Assembly: GCA_965232515.1 (NCBI GenBank)
Contig: CBDDPY010000002.1
Span: 5,408,001 to 5,472,000, forward strand
Reading direction: 5' to 3'
From: Alphaproteobacteria bacterium
Lineage (GTDB): Bacteria; Pseudomonadota; Alphaproteobacteria; GCA-2731375
Length of the DNA stretch: 64,000 bases
Position numbers and translations under genes: made by a program. The notes under the pieces were generated by a model that searched no databases, had not been told where the DNA came from, and worked only from the letters and a program-made list of their open reading frames with translations. Positions 26,529 to 36,199 of the stretch are shown here, one piece after another (positions within the stretch are counted from its first letter, which is position 1; each line of letters begins with the position of its first letter).

Positions 26529-28961
26529 TCAAATCAGCCGCGTCGCTTCGTCGATAAGGTCTTCTGCAGCCTCGCCCAACAGGTCTTCCATGGCCTGCCC
26601 GTAGACCGGTTCCTTGCCGATCTCCAGCATCAGCGGCACCGCCAGCGGCGACACCCGGTCGAGGCGCCGGTGCTCGATTCGCCCCTGAATCCGGGCCAGC
26701 ATGTCGGCAACGCGGCGGATGTCGAGCAGGCCCGTCGCCGCGTCGGCATAAGTCGCGCGCAGCAGCACATGGTCCGGCTGATAGCGCCGCAGGACGTCGT
26801 AGATCAGATCAGAGCTGAAGGTCACCTGCCGGCCTGACTTCTCCTGGCCGGGATAGCGGCGGTCGATCAGGCCGGCGATCACCGCGACGTTGCGGAACGT
26901 GCGCTTCATCAGATTCGATTCGGCCAACCAGGTTTCCAAGTCGTCGCCCAGCATGTCCTCCTCGAACAGCGCGTCCAGGCCGTCCGGCTCGCGCAGGCTC
27001 CAGACGGCGAGCGCGTATTCGCTGGCAACGAATCCCAACGGCCCGTGGCCGGCGCGCTCCATGCGCCGCGTCAGCAGCATGCCCAGCGTCTGGTGCGCCA
27101 GACGGCCCTCGAACGGATAGGCGACGAGATAATGCTTGTTGCCGCGCGGAAAGGTCTCGACCAGCAGACCGTCGGCCGCCGGCAGCACCGAACGCCAACG
27201 CTGGAACTTCAGCCACTCCCGCACCTGCGGCGGCAGGCGGCGCTGCCGCTTCGGCTCGGCCAGCATCTCGCGCACGCGGGCCGCCAGATAGGTCGATAAG
27301 GGAAACTTGCCGCCGTAGTAGGACGGGATCTTGGCATCCGTGCCGGTGGCGCGGCTGACGATCGCGGTCATCTCGCGCAAGCCCTCGAACCGCAGTACTT
27401 CGCCCGAGAAGATGAAGGTGTCGCCGACCGTCAGCTGCTCGATGAACCATTCCTCGATCTGGCCCAGTTCGCGGCCGCGCCGCAGCCGCACCTTCAGCAT
27501 CGGCTCGGCGACGATGGCGCCGGCATTCATGCGGTACTGCCGCGCCACCAGGCCGTTGGCGACGGTGTAGCAGCCGTCGGCGTCCTGCTTCAGCCGGTGG
27601 TAGCGCTCGTAGCGCCGGAGCGCGTAGCCGCCGGTGGCGACGAAATCGACCACGTCGTCGAAGGTCTCGCGCGGCAGGCCGGCATAGGGTTGCGCCCGGC
27701 GCACCTCGTCGTAGAGGGCGTCCGCGTGGAACGGCGCCGCGCAGGCCGCGCCCAGAATTTGCTGCGCCAGCACGTCGAGCGTGCCGGGCCGCGGCGCGTC
27801 GCCGTCGAGCTCGCCCACCATCACGGCCTCGGCCGCCGCCTGGCATTCCAGCACCTCGAAGCGGTTCGACGGCACCAGCAGCGCCCGGCTCGGTGCATCG
27901 AGCCGGTGGTTGGCACGGCCGATGCGCTGGACCAGCCGGCTCAGGCCCTTCGGCGCGCCGATCTGGATCACCAGATCGACGGCGCCCCAGTCGATGCCCA
28001 GGTCCAGCGTGGAGGTGCAGACGACGGCCCGCAGGTCGCCGCGCGTCATCGCCGCTTCGACCTTGCGGCGCTGTTCCGGCGACAGCGAGCCGTGGTGCAG
28101 CGCGATCGCCAGGTTGTCCTGGTTCAGCCGCCACAGCTCCTGGAAGACGAATTCGGCCTGGGCCCGGGTGTTGACGAACACCAGCGAGGTCTTGTGCTTG
28201 TCGATGGCTTCCATGACCTCGGGCAGGGCATGCTTCGCCATGTGCCCGGCCCAGGGCACGCGCGTTTGCGACGACAGGATGCCGATCTCGGGGCGTGGCC
28301 CCGGCCCGCCCGAGATCAGCCGCGCCGTCGCGCCGCAACCGATATAGCGGGTCAGCGCCTCCGGCTGCGCCACCGTCGCCGAGAGACCGATGCGGGTGGC
28401 GCGCGGCGCCAGTGTCGTCAGCCGTGCCAGACCCAGTGCCAGCAGGTCGCCGCGCTTCACGCCGGCCAGCGCGTGCAGCTCGTCGATCACCACATAGCGC
28501 AGGTGCGCGAAGAACCTGTCCGCATCGCGGTAGGAGAGCATCAGCGACAGCTGCTCGGGTGTGGTCAGCAGAATGTCGGGCGGGTTGTTGCGCTGGCGCT
28601 GCCGGCGTGCCTGCGGCGTGTCGCCGGTGCGGGTCTCGATACGGATCGGCAGACCCATTTCCGTGACCGGCGTTTCCAGGTTGCGGCGGATATCGATCGC
28701 CAGCGCTTTCAATGGCGACAGATAGAGCGTGTGTAGGCGCGCCTTGCGGTCGGCCGGTAGTTCCGCCAGATCCAGCAGGCTCGGCAGGAAACCGGCCAGC
28801 GTCTTGCCGCCGCCGGTCGGCGCCGTCAGCAGCACATGCTCGCTCGCCCGCGCCGCCGCCAGCACCGCGAGCTGATGCGACCGCGGTTCCCAGCCGCGCT
28901 GCGCGAACCAGTCGTCGAAGGCCGGCAGCAGCGCCGGCGATTGCGGTGCGATGACGTCCAT
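26529..28961 (-). CDS. Ligase-associated DNA damage response DEXH helicase (Lhr-core)
   Basis: APTGGGKT, SPLKAL, RTGDT, TTPE, DELH, SAT, HHGSL, LDLGID, QRIGRANH. Confidence 0.93.
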   Translation of the reverse strand: MDVIAPQSPALLPAFDDWFAQRGWEPRSHQLAVLAAARASEHVLLTAPTGGGKTLAGFLPSLLDLAELPADRKARLHTLYLSPLKALAIDIRRNLETPVTEMGLPIRIETRTGDTPQARRQRQRNNPPDILLTTPEQLSLMLSYRDADRFFAHLRYVVIDELHALAGVKRGDLLALGLARLTTLAPRATRIGLSATVAQPEALTRYIGCGATARLISGGPGPRPEIGILSSQTRVPWAGHMAKHALPEVMEAIDKHKTSLVFVNTRAQAEFVFQELWRLNQDNLAIALHHGSLSPEQRRKVEAAMTRGDLRAVVCTSTLDLGIDWGAVDLVIQIGAPKGLSRLVQRIGRANHRLDAPSRALLVPSNRFEVLECQAAAEAVMVGELDGDAPRPGTLDVLAQQILGAACAAPFHADALYDEVRRAQPYAGLPRETFDDVVDFVATGGYALRRYERYHRLKQDADGCYTVANGLVARQYRMNAGAIVAEPMLKVRLRRGRELGQIEEWFIEQLTVGDTFIFSGEVLRFEGLREMTAIVSRATGTDAKIPSYYGGKFPLSTYLAARVREMLAEPKRQRRLPPQVREWLKFQRWRSVLPAADGLLVETFPRGNKHYLVAYPFEGRLAHQTLGMLLTRRMERAGHGPLGFVASEYALAVWSLREPDGLDALFEEDMLGDDLETWLAESNLMKRTFRNVAVIAGLIDRRYPGQEKSGRQVTFSSDLIYDVLRRYQPDHVLLRATYADAATGLLDIRRVADMLARIQGRIEHRRLDRVSPLAVPLMLEIGKEPVYGQAMEDLLGEAAEDLIDEATRLI

Positions 28962-29012
28962 GCCACCCTATATAACCCGTTCGCCAGGCATCCGTACCTT
29001 CCCGAAGCCGGC

Positions 29013-29048
29013 GTTCCCGCACCGTCCGGAGTCGTTACCCGCATGTTC
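29013..29048. promoter_or_regulatory. Two imperfect alphaproteobacterial LexA-like boxes
   Basis: GTTC-ccgcacc-GTCC (29013-29027) and GTTA-cccgcat-GTTC (29034-29048) vs consensus GTTC-N7-GTTC, between divergent DNA-repair units. Confidence 0.3.
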
Positions 29049-30305
29049 GCCGGCCGCGCCATGCTGATCTTTGTCCTGTTCGCGATGCTCTATGGCGTCG
29101 GTCAATTCCATCGCGTGGCGACGGGCGTTGTGGTGACAGAGATCGAGCGCGAGCTGGCCTTCAGCGCCGATACGCTGGCCACGATCAGCGCCGTCCTGTT
29201 CCTGGCGGCGGCGCTTGTCCAGGTGCCGGTGGGCGTCGCGCTCGACCGCTACGGTCCGCGGCGTACCGTGCCGGCACTGCTGGTGCTGGCCGTGATCGGT
29301 ACGCTGACCTTCGCTTTGGCGCATACGGCGCCGGGCCTGATAATCGGCCGAATTCTATTGGGCGTCGGCTACGGCGCGGTGCTGATGGGCGGCTTCGTGA
29401 TCTTCGCCCGTTGGGTGCCGCCCGAACGTTTCGCGACCGCTACGGCCATGATGATCGCCTGCGGCAGCTTCGGCGGTTTGCTGGCGACGTCACCGCTTGC
29501 CGCGCTTGTCGAGCTGGTCGGCTGGCGATCGACCTTCGTTGGCGTCGCCGCGCTGACCGGCCTTCTGGCCGTCCTGGTCGCAACGTTTGTGCGCGATGCG
29601 CCGCCCGGCTATCGCGAGACCGGCGCCCGGCCGACGACACTGGCGGCTAGTCTGCGCGGCTTGGCCGACGTGCTGCGCAAGCGTCAGATGCGCTACATCC
29701 TGGCCATGGCGCTGGTCGGCTACGGTTCCGGCATGACCGTGCTGGGGCTTTGGGGCGGGCCGTTTTTGAGCGACTTGTTCGGCCTCGATGCCATCGCGCG
29801 CGGCCACGTGCTGTTCGCCATGGCGCTCGCTGGTCCGCTGTCGGTCGCCGTCGTCGGCCCGCTCGACCACCGCTTCAATACGCGAAAACGGATCGTCCTG
29901 GCGCTCGGCATCGGCCAGGTGCTGGTGCTGGCGGCGCTGGCGCTTTTCGGTAGCGCCAGCCTGGCCGTGGCCATTGTCGGCCTGGTGCTGATCATGGTGA
30001 CCCAGGCCTTCAACGTCACGCTCGCCGCCCATTGCCGCGCGGTGTTTCCGGACCATCTTGTCGGCAGGGCGAACACCATGGTGAACATGGCGGCAATTCT
30101 GGGCGTGGCGATCATGCAGTTTACGACCGGGCTGATTATCGAGGCGTTTCCGGCCGAGACCGGGATCGCCGATCCGTTGGCCTACCGGCTGTTGTTCGGC
30201 ATGCTGGCGCTGATGGTTGCGGCGGCCGCGCTCGTCTATGCTCGTGTCGAGGACGCGCCGCCGTTCGCCGATCGCGAACGCCTGCGTGGCGCGGAACAGA
30301 CCTGA
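29043..30305 (+). CDS. MFS transporter
   Basis: About 12 hydrophobic segments, GVALDRYGPRR motif A, GWR; start ATG 29043 or 29061. Confidence 0.88.
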   Translation: MFAGRAMLIFVLFAMLYGVGQFHRVATGVVVTEIERELAFSADTLATISAVLFLAAALVQVPVGVALDRYGPRRTVPALLVLAVIGTLTFALAHTAPGLIIGRILLGVGYGAVLMGGFVIFARWVPPERFATATAMMIACGSFGGLLATSPLAALVELVGWRSTFVGVAALTGLLAVLVATFVRDAPPGYRETGARPTTLAASLRGLADVLRKRQMRYILAMALVGYGSGMTVLGLWGGPFLSDLFGLDAIARGHVLFAMALAGPLSVAVVGPLDHRFNTRKRIVLALGIGQVLVLAALALFGSASLAVAIVGLVLIMVTQAFNVTLAAHCRAVFPDHLVGRANTMVNMAAILGVAIMQFTTGLIIEAFPAETGIADPLAYRLLFGMLALMVAAAALVYARVEDAPPFADRERLRGAEQT

Positions 30306-30318
30306 GGTCCGCCGGATC

Positions 30319-31326
30319 ATGATCAAGCCACAGGATCTGCTGCGGCCGACAGCCGCCGGCCTTTATTGCCCGCCCGGCGACTTCTATATCGATCCGGTGC
30401 AGCCGGTCGCGCGCGCCATCGTCACGCACGGCCATGCCGATCATGCGCGGCCCGGCCACGGCGCCGTGCTGGCGACGCCGGCGACGCTCGACATCATGGC
30501 GCTCCGCATGGGCGACGATGCCGGCCGAGAACGCCAGCCGCTGGACTACGGCGACCGCATCAAGCTGAACGGCGTCGACGTCTGGCTCGCGCCGGCCGGC
30601 CACGTGCTCGGCAGTGCTCAGGTCGCAGTCGAGCACGGCGGCTGCCGCATTGTCGTCTCGGGCGACTACAAGCGCCGGCCGGACCCGACCTGCGCCGGCT
30701 TCGAGCCCGTGCCCTGCGATGTCTTCGTCAGCGAGGCGACATTCGCGCTGCCGGTGTTCCGCCATCCGCCGGATGCGGACGAGATCGACAAGCTGCTGGC
30801 CTCGATGCGCCTGTTTCCCGAACGCTGCCACCTGCTTGGCGTCTATGCGCTGGGCAAGGCGCAGCGCGTGCTGGCGGTGTTGCGGCAAGCCGGGTACGAC
30901 GCGCCGATCTATCTGCACGGCGCGCTGACCGCCATGTGCGAGCTCTACCGCCGCCATGGCATCGACCTCGGCGAGCTGCGGCTGGTGGCCGACACCGACA
31001 AGGCCGATCTCGCCGGCCAGTTGGTGCTGGCGCCGCCGTCCGCGCTGCAGGACCGCTGGACCCGGCGTCTGCCCGACCCGCTGCCGGCCTTCGCCTCGGG
31101 CTGGATGGGCGTGCGCGCACGGGCCCGGCAGCGCGCCGTCGAGCTGCCGCTGATCATCTCCGACCACGCCGACTGGGATGAGTTGACCGCGACGACGGAC
31201 GAGCTGGCGCCGGCCGAGATCTGGGTCACGCACGGGCGTGAAGAGGCGCTGGTGCATTATGCCCGGAGCCGGGGCCAGCGGGCGCAGGCCCTGGCGCTCG
31301 TCGGCTATGACGAGGACGCGGCGTGA
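30319..31326 (+). CDS. Ligase-associated DNA damage response exonuclease (MBL/beta-CASP)
   Basis: GLYC..GDFYIDP, THGHADH, PAGHVLGSAQ, SGDYK, EATFALP, SDHADW, THG. Confidence 0.93.
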   Translation: MIKPQDLLRPTAAGLYCPPGDFYIDPVQPVARAIVTHGHADHARPGHGAVLATPATLDIMALRMGDDAGRERQPLDYGDRIKLNGVDVWLAPAGHVLGSAQVAVEHGGCRIVVSGDYKRRPDPTCAGFEPVPCDVFVSEATFALPVFRHPPDADEIDKLLASMRLFPERCHLLGVYALGKAQRVLAVLRQAGYDAPIYLHGALTAMCELYRRHGIDLGELRLVADTDKADLAGQLVLAPPSALQDRWTRRLPDPLPAFASGWMGVRARARQRAVELPLIISDHADWDELTATTDELAPAEIWVTHGREEALVHYARSRGQRAQALALVGYDEDAA

Positions 31327-32894
31327 AGGCCTTCGCCGGCCTGCTCGACCGCCTGTCGTTTCAGCCTCAGCGCCTCGGCAAGCTGCGGCTGATCGAGGAC
31401 TACTTCGCCGCGACGCCGGACCCCGACCGCGGTTACGCGCTGGCCGCGATGACCCGCGGCCTGACGTTCCGGCATGCCAAGCCGGCGCTGATCCGTGGGT
31501 TGGTGGCGGAGCGGGTCGATCCCGTGCTGTTCGAGCTGTCCTACGACTATGTCGGCGATCTGGCCGAGACCGTCGCCTTGATCTGGCCCGCCCCGACCGT
31601 AGAGACCGCGCCGCCGCCATCGCTCGCCGAGGTCGTCACGCGGCTACAGGACACCGGAAAGACAGCGCTGCCGGGGCTTCTGGCCGGCTGGCTGGATGCG
31701 CTCGACGTCACGGGGCGCTGGGCGCTGATCAAGCTGATGACCGGCGGCTTGCGGATCGGCGTTTCGGCGCGGCTTGCCAAGACCGCGCTCGCCGGCTTCG
31801 GCAATCTCTCCGTGGACGATGTCGAGGAGGTCTGGCACGGCCAGGTGCCGCCCTACGAGGCGCTGTTCGCCTGGGCCGAGGGCCGTGGCGACCGGCCCGT
31901 GGTGCGCGCAGCCGGCGGCTTCCGGCCGGTGATGCTGGCGCAGCCGTTGGATGAGGCGGCGCTTTCGGGCCTTGATGCCTCCGCCTATCTCGCCGAGTGG
32001 AAATGGGACGGTATCCGGGTGCAACTGTCGTCCGGCGACGGGGTCGTCCGGCTGTACTCGCGCACCGGCGAGGATATCGGCGGCAGCTTCCCCGACCTGC
32101 TGTCGGGAGTCGATTTCGGCGCGGTGCTGGATGGCGAGCTGCTGGTCATTCGCGATGGCGCCGTGGCGCCGTTCGCCGATTTGCAGAAGCGGCTGAACCG
32201 CAAGACGGTCAGCGGCAAGCTGCAACGCGAGTATCCCGTCGGCGTCCGGCTCTACGACATCCTGTTCGACGATGGCGACGACCTGCGCGCGCTGCCGCTC
32301 GACGACCGGCGCGGCCGCCTGGAAGCCTGGTTCTCGGCGCGCCGGCCGGCCGGCCTCGACCTGTCGCCGCTGGTATCCTTCGACGACTGGCCGATGCTGG
32401 CCGAACTGCGCCGCGCGCCGCCGCTCGACGGCGTCGAGGGATTGATGCTGAAACGCCGTGACAGCGCCTACGTCGCCGGCCGGCCGAAGGGGCCCTGGAT
32501 TAAATGGAAGCGCGATCCGCTGCTGGCGGATGCTGTTCTAATGTACGCGCAGCGCGGCCACGGCAAGCGCTCATCCTACTATTCCGATTATACCTTCGGG
32601 GTCTGGCGCGGCGATGAACTGGTTCCGGTGGGCAAGGCCTATTTCGGTTTCACGGATGCCGAGCTGGTCGAACTGGACCGTTGGGTCCGCAATCACACGA
32701 CCAACAGGTTCGGCCCGGTGCGCGAGGTGTCGCGGGGCCTCGTTCTCGAAGTGGCTTTCGACGGCGTGCAGAAATCCGGTCGTCACAAGTCCGGGTTGGC
32801 CATGCGGTTCCCCCGCATCAGCCGGATACGCTGGGATAAGCCGGTTGTCGAAGCCGACGCCATCGAGGCGCTGTTGGCACACTTGCCGCGCTAG
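31323..32894 (+). CDS. ATP-dependent DNA ligase (cisplatin damage response type)
   Basis: SYDYVGDLAET, EWKWDGIR adenylation motif, LDGEL, EGLMLK, KWK, YAQRGHGKR, RFPRI; GTGA overlap. Confidence 0.93.
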   Translation: MKAFAGLLDRLSFQPQRLGKLRLIEDYFAATPDPDRGYALAAMTRGLTFRHAKPALIRGLVAERVDPVLFELSYDYVGDLAETVALIWPAPTVETAPPPSLAEVVTRLQDTGKTALPGLLAGWLDALDVTGRWALIKLMTGGLRIGVSARLAKTALAGFGNLSVDDVEEVWHGQVPPYEALFAWAEGRGDRPVVRAAGGFRPVMLAQPLDEAALSGLDASAYLAEWKWDGIRVQLSSGDGVVRLYSRTGEDIGGSFPDLLSGVDFGAVLDGELLVIRDGAVAPFADLQKRLNRKTVSGKLQREYPVGVRLYDILFDDGDDLRALPLDDRRGRLEAWFSARRPAGLDLSPLVSFDDWPMLAELRRAPPLDGVEGLMLKRRDSAYVAGRPKGPWIKWKRDPLLADAVLMYAQRGHGKRSSYYSDYTFGVWRGDELVPVGKAYFGFTDAELVELDRWVRNHTTNRFGPVREVSRGLVLEVAFDGVQKSGRHKSGLAMRFPRISRIRWDKPVVEADAIEALLAHLPR

Positions 32895-32906
32895 TACAGC
32901 ATTTCG

Positions 32907-32921
32907 TTAACGCTTCTTTCA
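32907..32921 (+). promoter_or_regulatory. CtrA-like box TTAA-N7-TTCA
   Basis: TTAAcgcttctTTCA upstream of the Hpt gene. Confidence 0.55.
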
Positions 32922-32993
32922 TCACGGCAATTCACAATCGTAGCGCGTATATCCCGTATTCCGTCGGCGTTTGATCGGCGCCGGCTACGTGGC

Positions 32994-33527
32994 GTGGAAG
33001 TGTCGACCGTGAGCAAAGAAGATAATCAGCGGCAACAGCCGCCGCCTGGCTCGACGCCGGATGCATCGCATTGGCATGAAGTTATCGAAATTCCCAACAC
33101 CTTGAAGGACAAGGTGGGTGGCGCCGGCATCAGCGCCGACCTTTTGCGCGATGCCGAGGTCGCGGTCGCCGGCTTGCAGGACGACTACGAGACCCGGCTG
33201 CAGCAGGAAATCGATCATTTCAGCGCCGACTTCGAAGCCATGCGCGGCGCGGGCGCATTCGATCCGAAGCGGCTGTTCGCGCTCGCGCATGAGCTCAGGG
33301 GCGAAGCCGGCAGCTACGGCTACCCGCTGATCTCGCGCGCGGCCGACGTGCTCTGCAAGCTGCTGGAAAAGCGGACCGCGCTCGCGCCCACCGATGTCGA
33401 CATCGTCGAAGCGCACCTACGCGCCTTTCGGACGGTGCTCGACAGGCGGATCAAGGGCCACGGCGGGCCGGCCGGCGAACGGCTTATCGATCGGCTGGAG
33501 GCGATTGTCTCGAACGCCATCGGCTAG
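32994..33527 (+). CDS. Hpt (histidine phosphotransfer) domain protein
   Basis: IPNTLKDKV, AHELRGEAGSYGYPLIS..A..LC; start may be GTG 33009. Confidence 0.82.
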   Translation: MEVSTVSKEDNQRQQPPPGSTPDASHWHEVIEIPNTLKDKVGGAGISADLLRDAEVAVAGLQDDYETRLQQEIDHFSADFEAMRGAGAFDPKRLFALAHELRGEAGSYGYPLISRAADVLCKLLEKRTALAPTDVDIVEAHLRAFRTVLDRRIKGHGGPAGERLIDRLEAIVSNAIG

Positions 33528-33540
33528 CGGCGATTTGGGT

Positions 33541-34038
33541 TTACCATCCGCGCGTTCCCGGTCCGCCTTTGAACGGGCCGACGATGTCGCTGGTGATCCA
33601 GCCGCCGTAGAAGTCGCCCTCCTGCGACTGCACGCGTTCGTCGTCCACAAAACAGGCCTCGACGCGTGAGGGATAGAAGGCGAGGTAATCGGTGATGGCG
33701 GTGAAGGCAGGCCAGGGTTCCGGATAGCTCCACGCGACATCGACCGAGACGGTGTCGCCGTCGGTGATCGACCAGTAGCGCGCGATGCCCTTGAATTCAC
33801 AGAGCGTACGGCGTTCTCCGGGGGTCAGGCGCGCCATGTCGATATCGGCCGGCGGCAGGTAGTAGACCGGCGGATGGCTCGTTTCGAGAACGCGGTAGGC
33901 ATTCTGGCTGTCGGCGAGGGACCGGCCGCCGAACTCGATCCGGATCCGCCTGTCCGCGCGTTCGAGGCGCGGCGGCCGGGGATAGTCCCATACGCTCTCG
34001 CGACCGCTGCCGCCGTTGGTTTCGCCTGTCGTCGCCAT
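33541..34038 (-). CDS. DUF427 domain protein
   Basis: ESVWDYPRPP, VLETSHPPVYY, CEFKGIA.YW, WSY, FYGGWIT, GPFKGGPGT.GW. Confidence 0.9.
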   Translation of the reverse strand: MATTGETNGGSGRESVWDYPRPPRLERADRRIRIEFGGRSLADSQNAYRVLETSHPPVYYLPPADIDMARLTPGERRTLCEFKGIARYWSITDGDTVSVDVAWSYPEPWPAFTAITDYLAFYPSRVEACFVDDERVQSQEGDFYGGWITSDIVGPFKGGPGTRGW

Positions 34039-34086
34039 GAGGTGTCACCGTTGCCGTATCGATGGCTATGGAGATATGCTGCGCCC

Positions 34087-34266
34087 ATGCCGCAGACAAT
34101 GGTGCAATTCCCGATCTGGCAACGAGTGACGGTTGCCGCCGCCATCGCGGGCGCGCTCGCCGCCGGCGTGGCCGGCCTTGCGTTGTCCGAGGGCGTGGCC
34201 GCCTTCTGGCACGGTTTCATCTACAACGGGTTTTCCGCGCTGCCGGCCGGTCTGTTCATCTGCTGA
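34087..34266 (+). CDS. Small hypothetical membrane protein
   Basis: 59-aa ORF with one hydrophobic segment, ends in FIC; fills the gap before ybjQ; TATGCT 6 nt before the ATG. Confidence 0.45.
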   Translation: MPQTMVQFPIWQRVTVAAAIAGALAAGVAGLALSEGVAAFWHGFIYNGFSALPAGLFIC

Positions 34267-34286
34267 CTTCGCTTAGGAGCGTCATC

Positions 34287-34601
34287 GTGATCGTCACCAC
34301 CACGGACAGTGTCGAGGGTAAGAAGGTCGTCGAGTATCTCGGCGTGGTCAGCGGCGAGGCGGTCTACGGCGCGAACGTGTTCCGCGACATCTTCGCCTCG
34401 ATCCGCGACGTGGTCGGCGGCCGCACCGGCGGCTATGAACAGGTCCTCAAAGACGGCAAGATCGCGGCGCTGGAGGACATGATCGAAGAGGCCCGCGCAC
34501 GCGGCGCCGACGCCGTCATCGGCACCGACCTCGACTATGAGCAGATCGGCCAGAGCATGCTGATGGTCAGCGCCAACGGCACCGCCGTGAAGCTCGGCTA
34601 G
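34287..34601 (+). CDS. YbjQ/UPF0145 family protein
   Basis: [37 protein letters not shown]...[11 protein letters not shown]; AGGAG RBS. Confidence 0.92.
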   Translation: MIVTTTDSVEGKKVVEYLGVVSGEAVYGANVFRDIFASIRDVVGGRTGGYEQVLKDGKIAALEDMIEEARARGADAVIGTDLDYEQIGQSMLMVSANGTAVKLG

Positions 34602-34732
34602 CCATCTGGCCAAACCGCAAGGCGTATCAACCCACAAGGCGTCGGTTTCAGGCCGAGACCGCGGCCCGCCGGCTTATCCGGCGCGCCCGCGCAGGCGCGG
34701 ACCGTCAGGTCCGCAGCCGTGAGCGCAAACAG

Positions 34733-34767
34733 CTAAGCCGCATCCCATTTCATGGGATGCGGCTTAG
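34733..34767. terminator. Perfect 16-bp hairpin between convergent genes
   Basis: CTAAGCCGCATCCCAT-ttc-ATGGGATGCGGCTTAG; includes the stop codon of the - strand gene; only short T runs follow. Confidence 0.55.
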
Positions 34768-36131
34768 AACCGCCGCGAGGCGCCGATCGTGAATGCGGTG
34801 TTGTTGTAAGAGAAATTCCGGAAGTTCGAATCGACGATCGTGCGCTGCACAGTGCCGATCACCGACCAGTCGCGGGTCACGGGCACGCTGGTCAGGAAGC
34901 TGAACCGCCGCTCCTCGTCACTGCGATTGCGGTTCGGGTCGACCGTCGGATCGGGCGCGAAATACTTGGTGTAGATGAAGGTCCCGTTCACTGACGAGGT
35001 CCAGGGCCGGTTCGTCAGCTTGAAGGGCGCGCCGTAGCTCTGCGTGTAGCCCAAAGTCAACTGGAACTCGCGGTTCGAGTGCAGGCTTTCATCGGCATCC
35101 TCGACCTTGATCGAGCTGGCGCCGCTCAGAAAGATGCCGGGCCGCACCTGATAGCGTAGGTCGACGCGGGCCTCGTCCTCGTGACCGTCCTGCTCGTCGG
35201 CGGTCGGGCGCGAGTCGCTCTCGCGGAACTCCTGCACGCGGTGCTCCAGGTTCAGCTCTCCGGCGAAGCTGGGCGTGAACTGGCGCGAGAAGTTGAAGCC
35301 CAGACCGAAGGCGTAGAAGTACGGCGAGTCCTCCAGCCAGACCTGTTCGCCGAAGATGTAGGGGCGCCATTCCACGTCATCGATCATGTCGGGCGAGAAC
35401 GGCCCGCGCGGTCCGAGCTTGATCTCGGTGAAGATCAGGTCGAGCTGCTGCTGCGAGGTGTGCTTCGCGCCATAGACCAGTCCGTCGGCTTCGAACATGT
35501 AGCCGTCCTGACGCTGCGGATCGTAGGTGTAGGTCAGCGAGCCCGAGCCGAAGGCGTTGAGATCGTTCTTGCGCGTGAAATCACCCGGCAGGATGGCGGG
35601 CAGACCGAACACCGTGATATCGGGCCGCTCCGGCGCCGAGTTGGCGTTGTCCTGATAGCGGATGCCGGCATAGATCGAGCCGGTGTAGCGGTGCTTGCTG
35701 GTGCGCTTGTCGATTTCCTCCAGGAAGACCGCCACCCGGGCGCGCACGTCGTCGGGCACGTTGTCGCCTTCGACGGCGCGGGTCAGATAGGCCCGCGCGA
35801 TGGCATAGGATTCGAGCCGGAAATACAGCACGCCCAGCTCCAGCCGCACGCGCGGCAAGTCCGGGTTGAACAGCAGCATGCGCTCCAGCGCGGTGATGGC
35901 GGCCTCGTAATCGCCTGCCTGAATGGCGATCTCGGCATACTGGAAGGTCTTGTCCAGGTTCGCCGGGTCGGACAGCATGTTCTGGAAGGCGCGGTCGAAT
36001 TGTTCTTCGACGCGCGGCGGTGTCGTCGTCTGCGCTAAGGCCGAATCGGCACATACCGCCAACGCGGCGAATACCATCGCCACGGCGTTGCTGCGCGTCA
36101 GTTTCGGCACAAAGTTCCCCCCCTTGCGCAT
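34764..36131 (-). CDS. Exported TPR + beta-barrel outer-membrane protein (Slam/DUF560-like)
   Basis: Signal peptide ending ALA-Q; TPR AITALERMLLFNPDLPRVRLELGVLYF; YQDNANSAP; beta-strand pattern; terminal Phe. Confidence 0.72.
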   Translation of the reverse strand: MRKGGNFVPKLTRSNAVAMVFAALAVCADSALAQTTTPPRVEEQFDRAFQNMLSDPANLDKTFQYAEIAIQAGDYEAAITALERMLLFNPDLPRVRLELGVLYFRLESYAIARAYLTRAVEGDNVPDDVRARVAVFLEEIDKRTSKHRYTGSIYAGIRYQDNANSAPERPDITVFGLPAILPGDFTRKNDLNAFGSGSLTYTYDPQRQDGYMFEADGLVYGAKHTSQQQLDLIFTEIKLGPRGPFSPDMIDDVEWRPYIFGEQVWLEDSPYFYAFGLGFNFSRQFTPSFAGELNLEHRVQEFRESDSRPTADEQDGHEDEARVDLRYQVRPGIFLSGASSIKVEDADESLHSNREFQLTLGYTQSYGAPFKLTNRPWTSSVNGTFIYTKYFAPDPTVDPNRNRSDEERRFSFLTSVPVTRDWSVIGTVQRTIVDSNFRNFSYNNTAFTIGASRRF

Positions 36132-36199
36132 TAACCCTGTCTCACTGAGTGAGGAAGCTAGCGGAAAGATCTTTTCCCATAAAGAGAATTCAGAACTGG

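Noticed and set aside
26809-29022. 737-aa same-strand alternative-frame ORF inside lhr
   Set aside because: R/A/G/P-rich composition typical of an off-frame reading of GC-rich coding DNA
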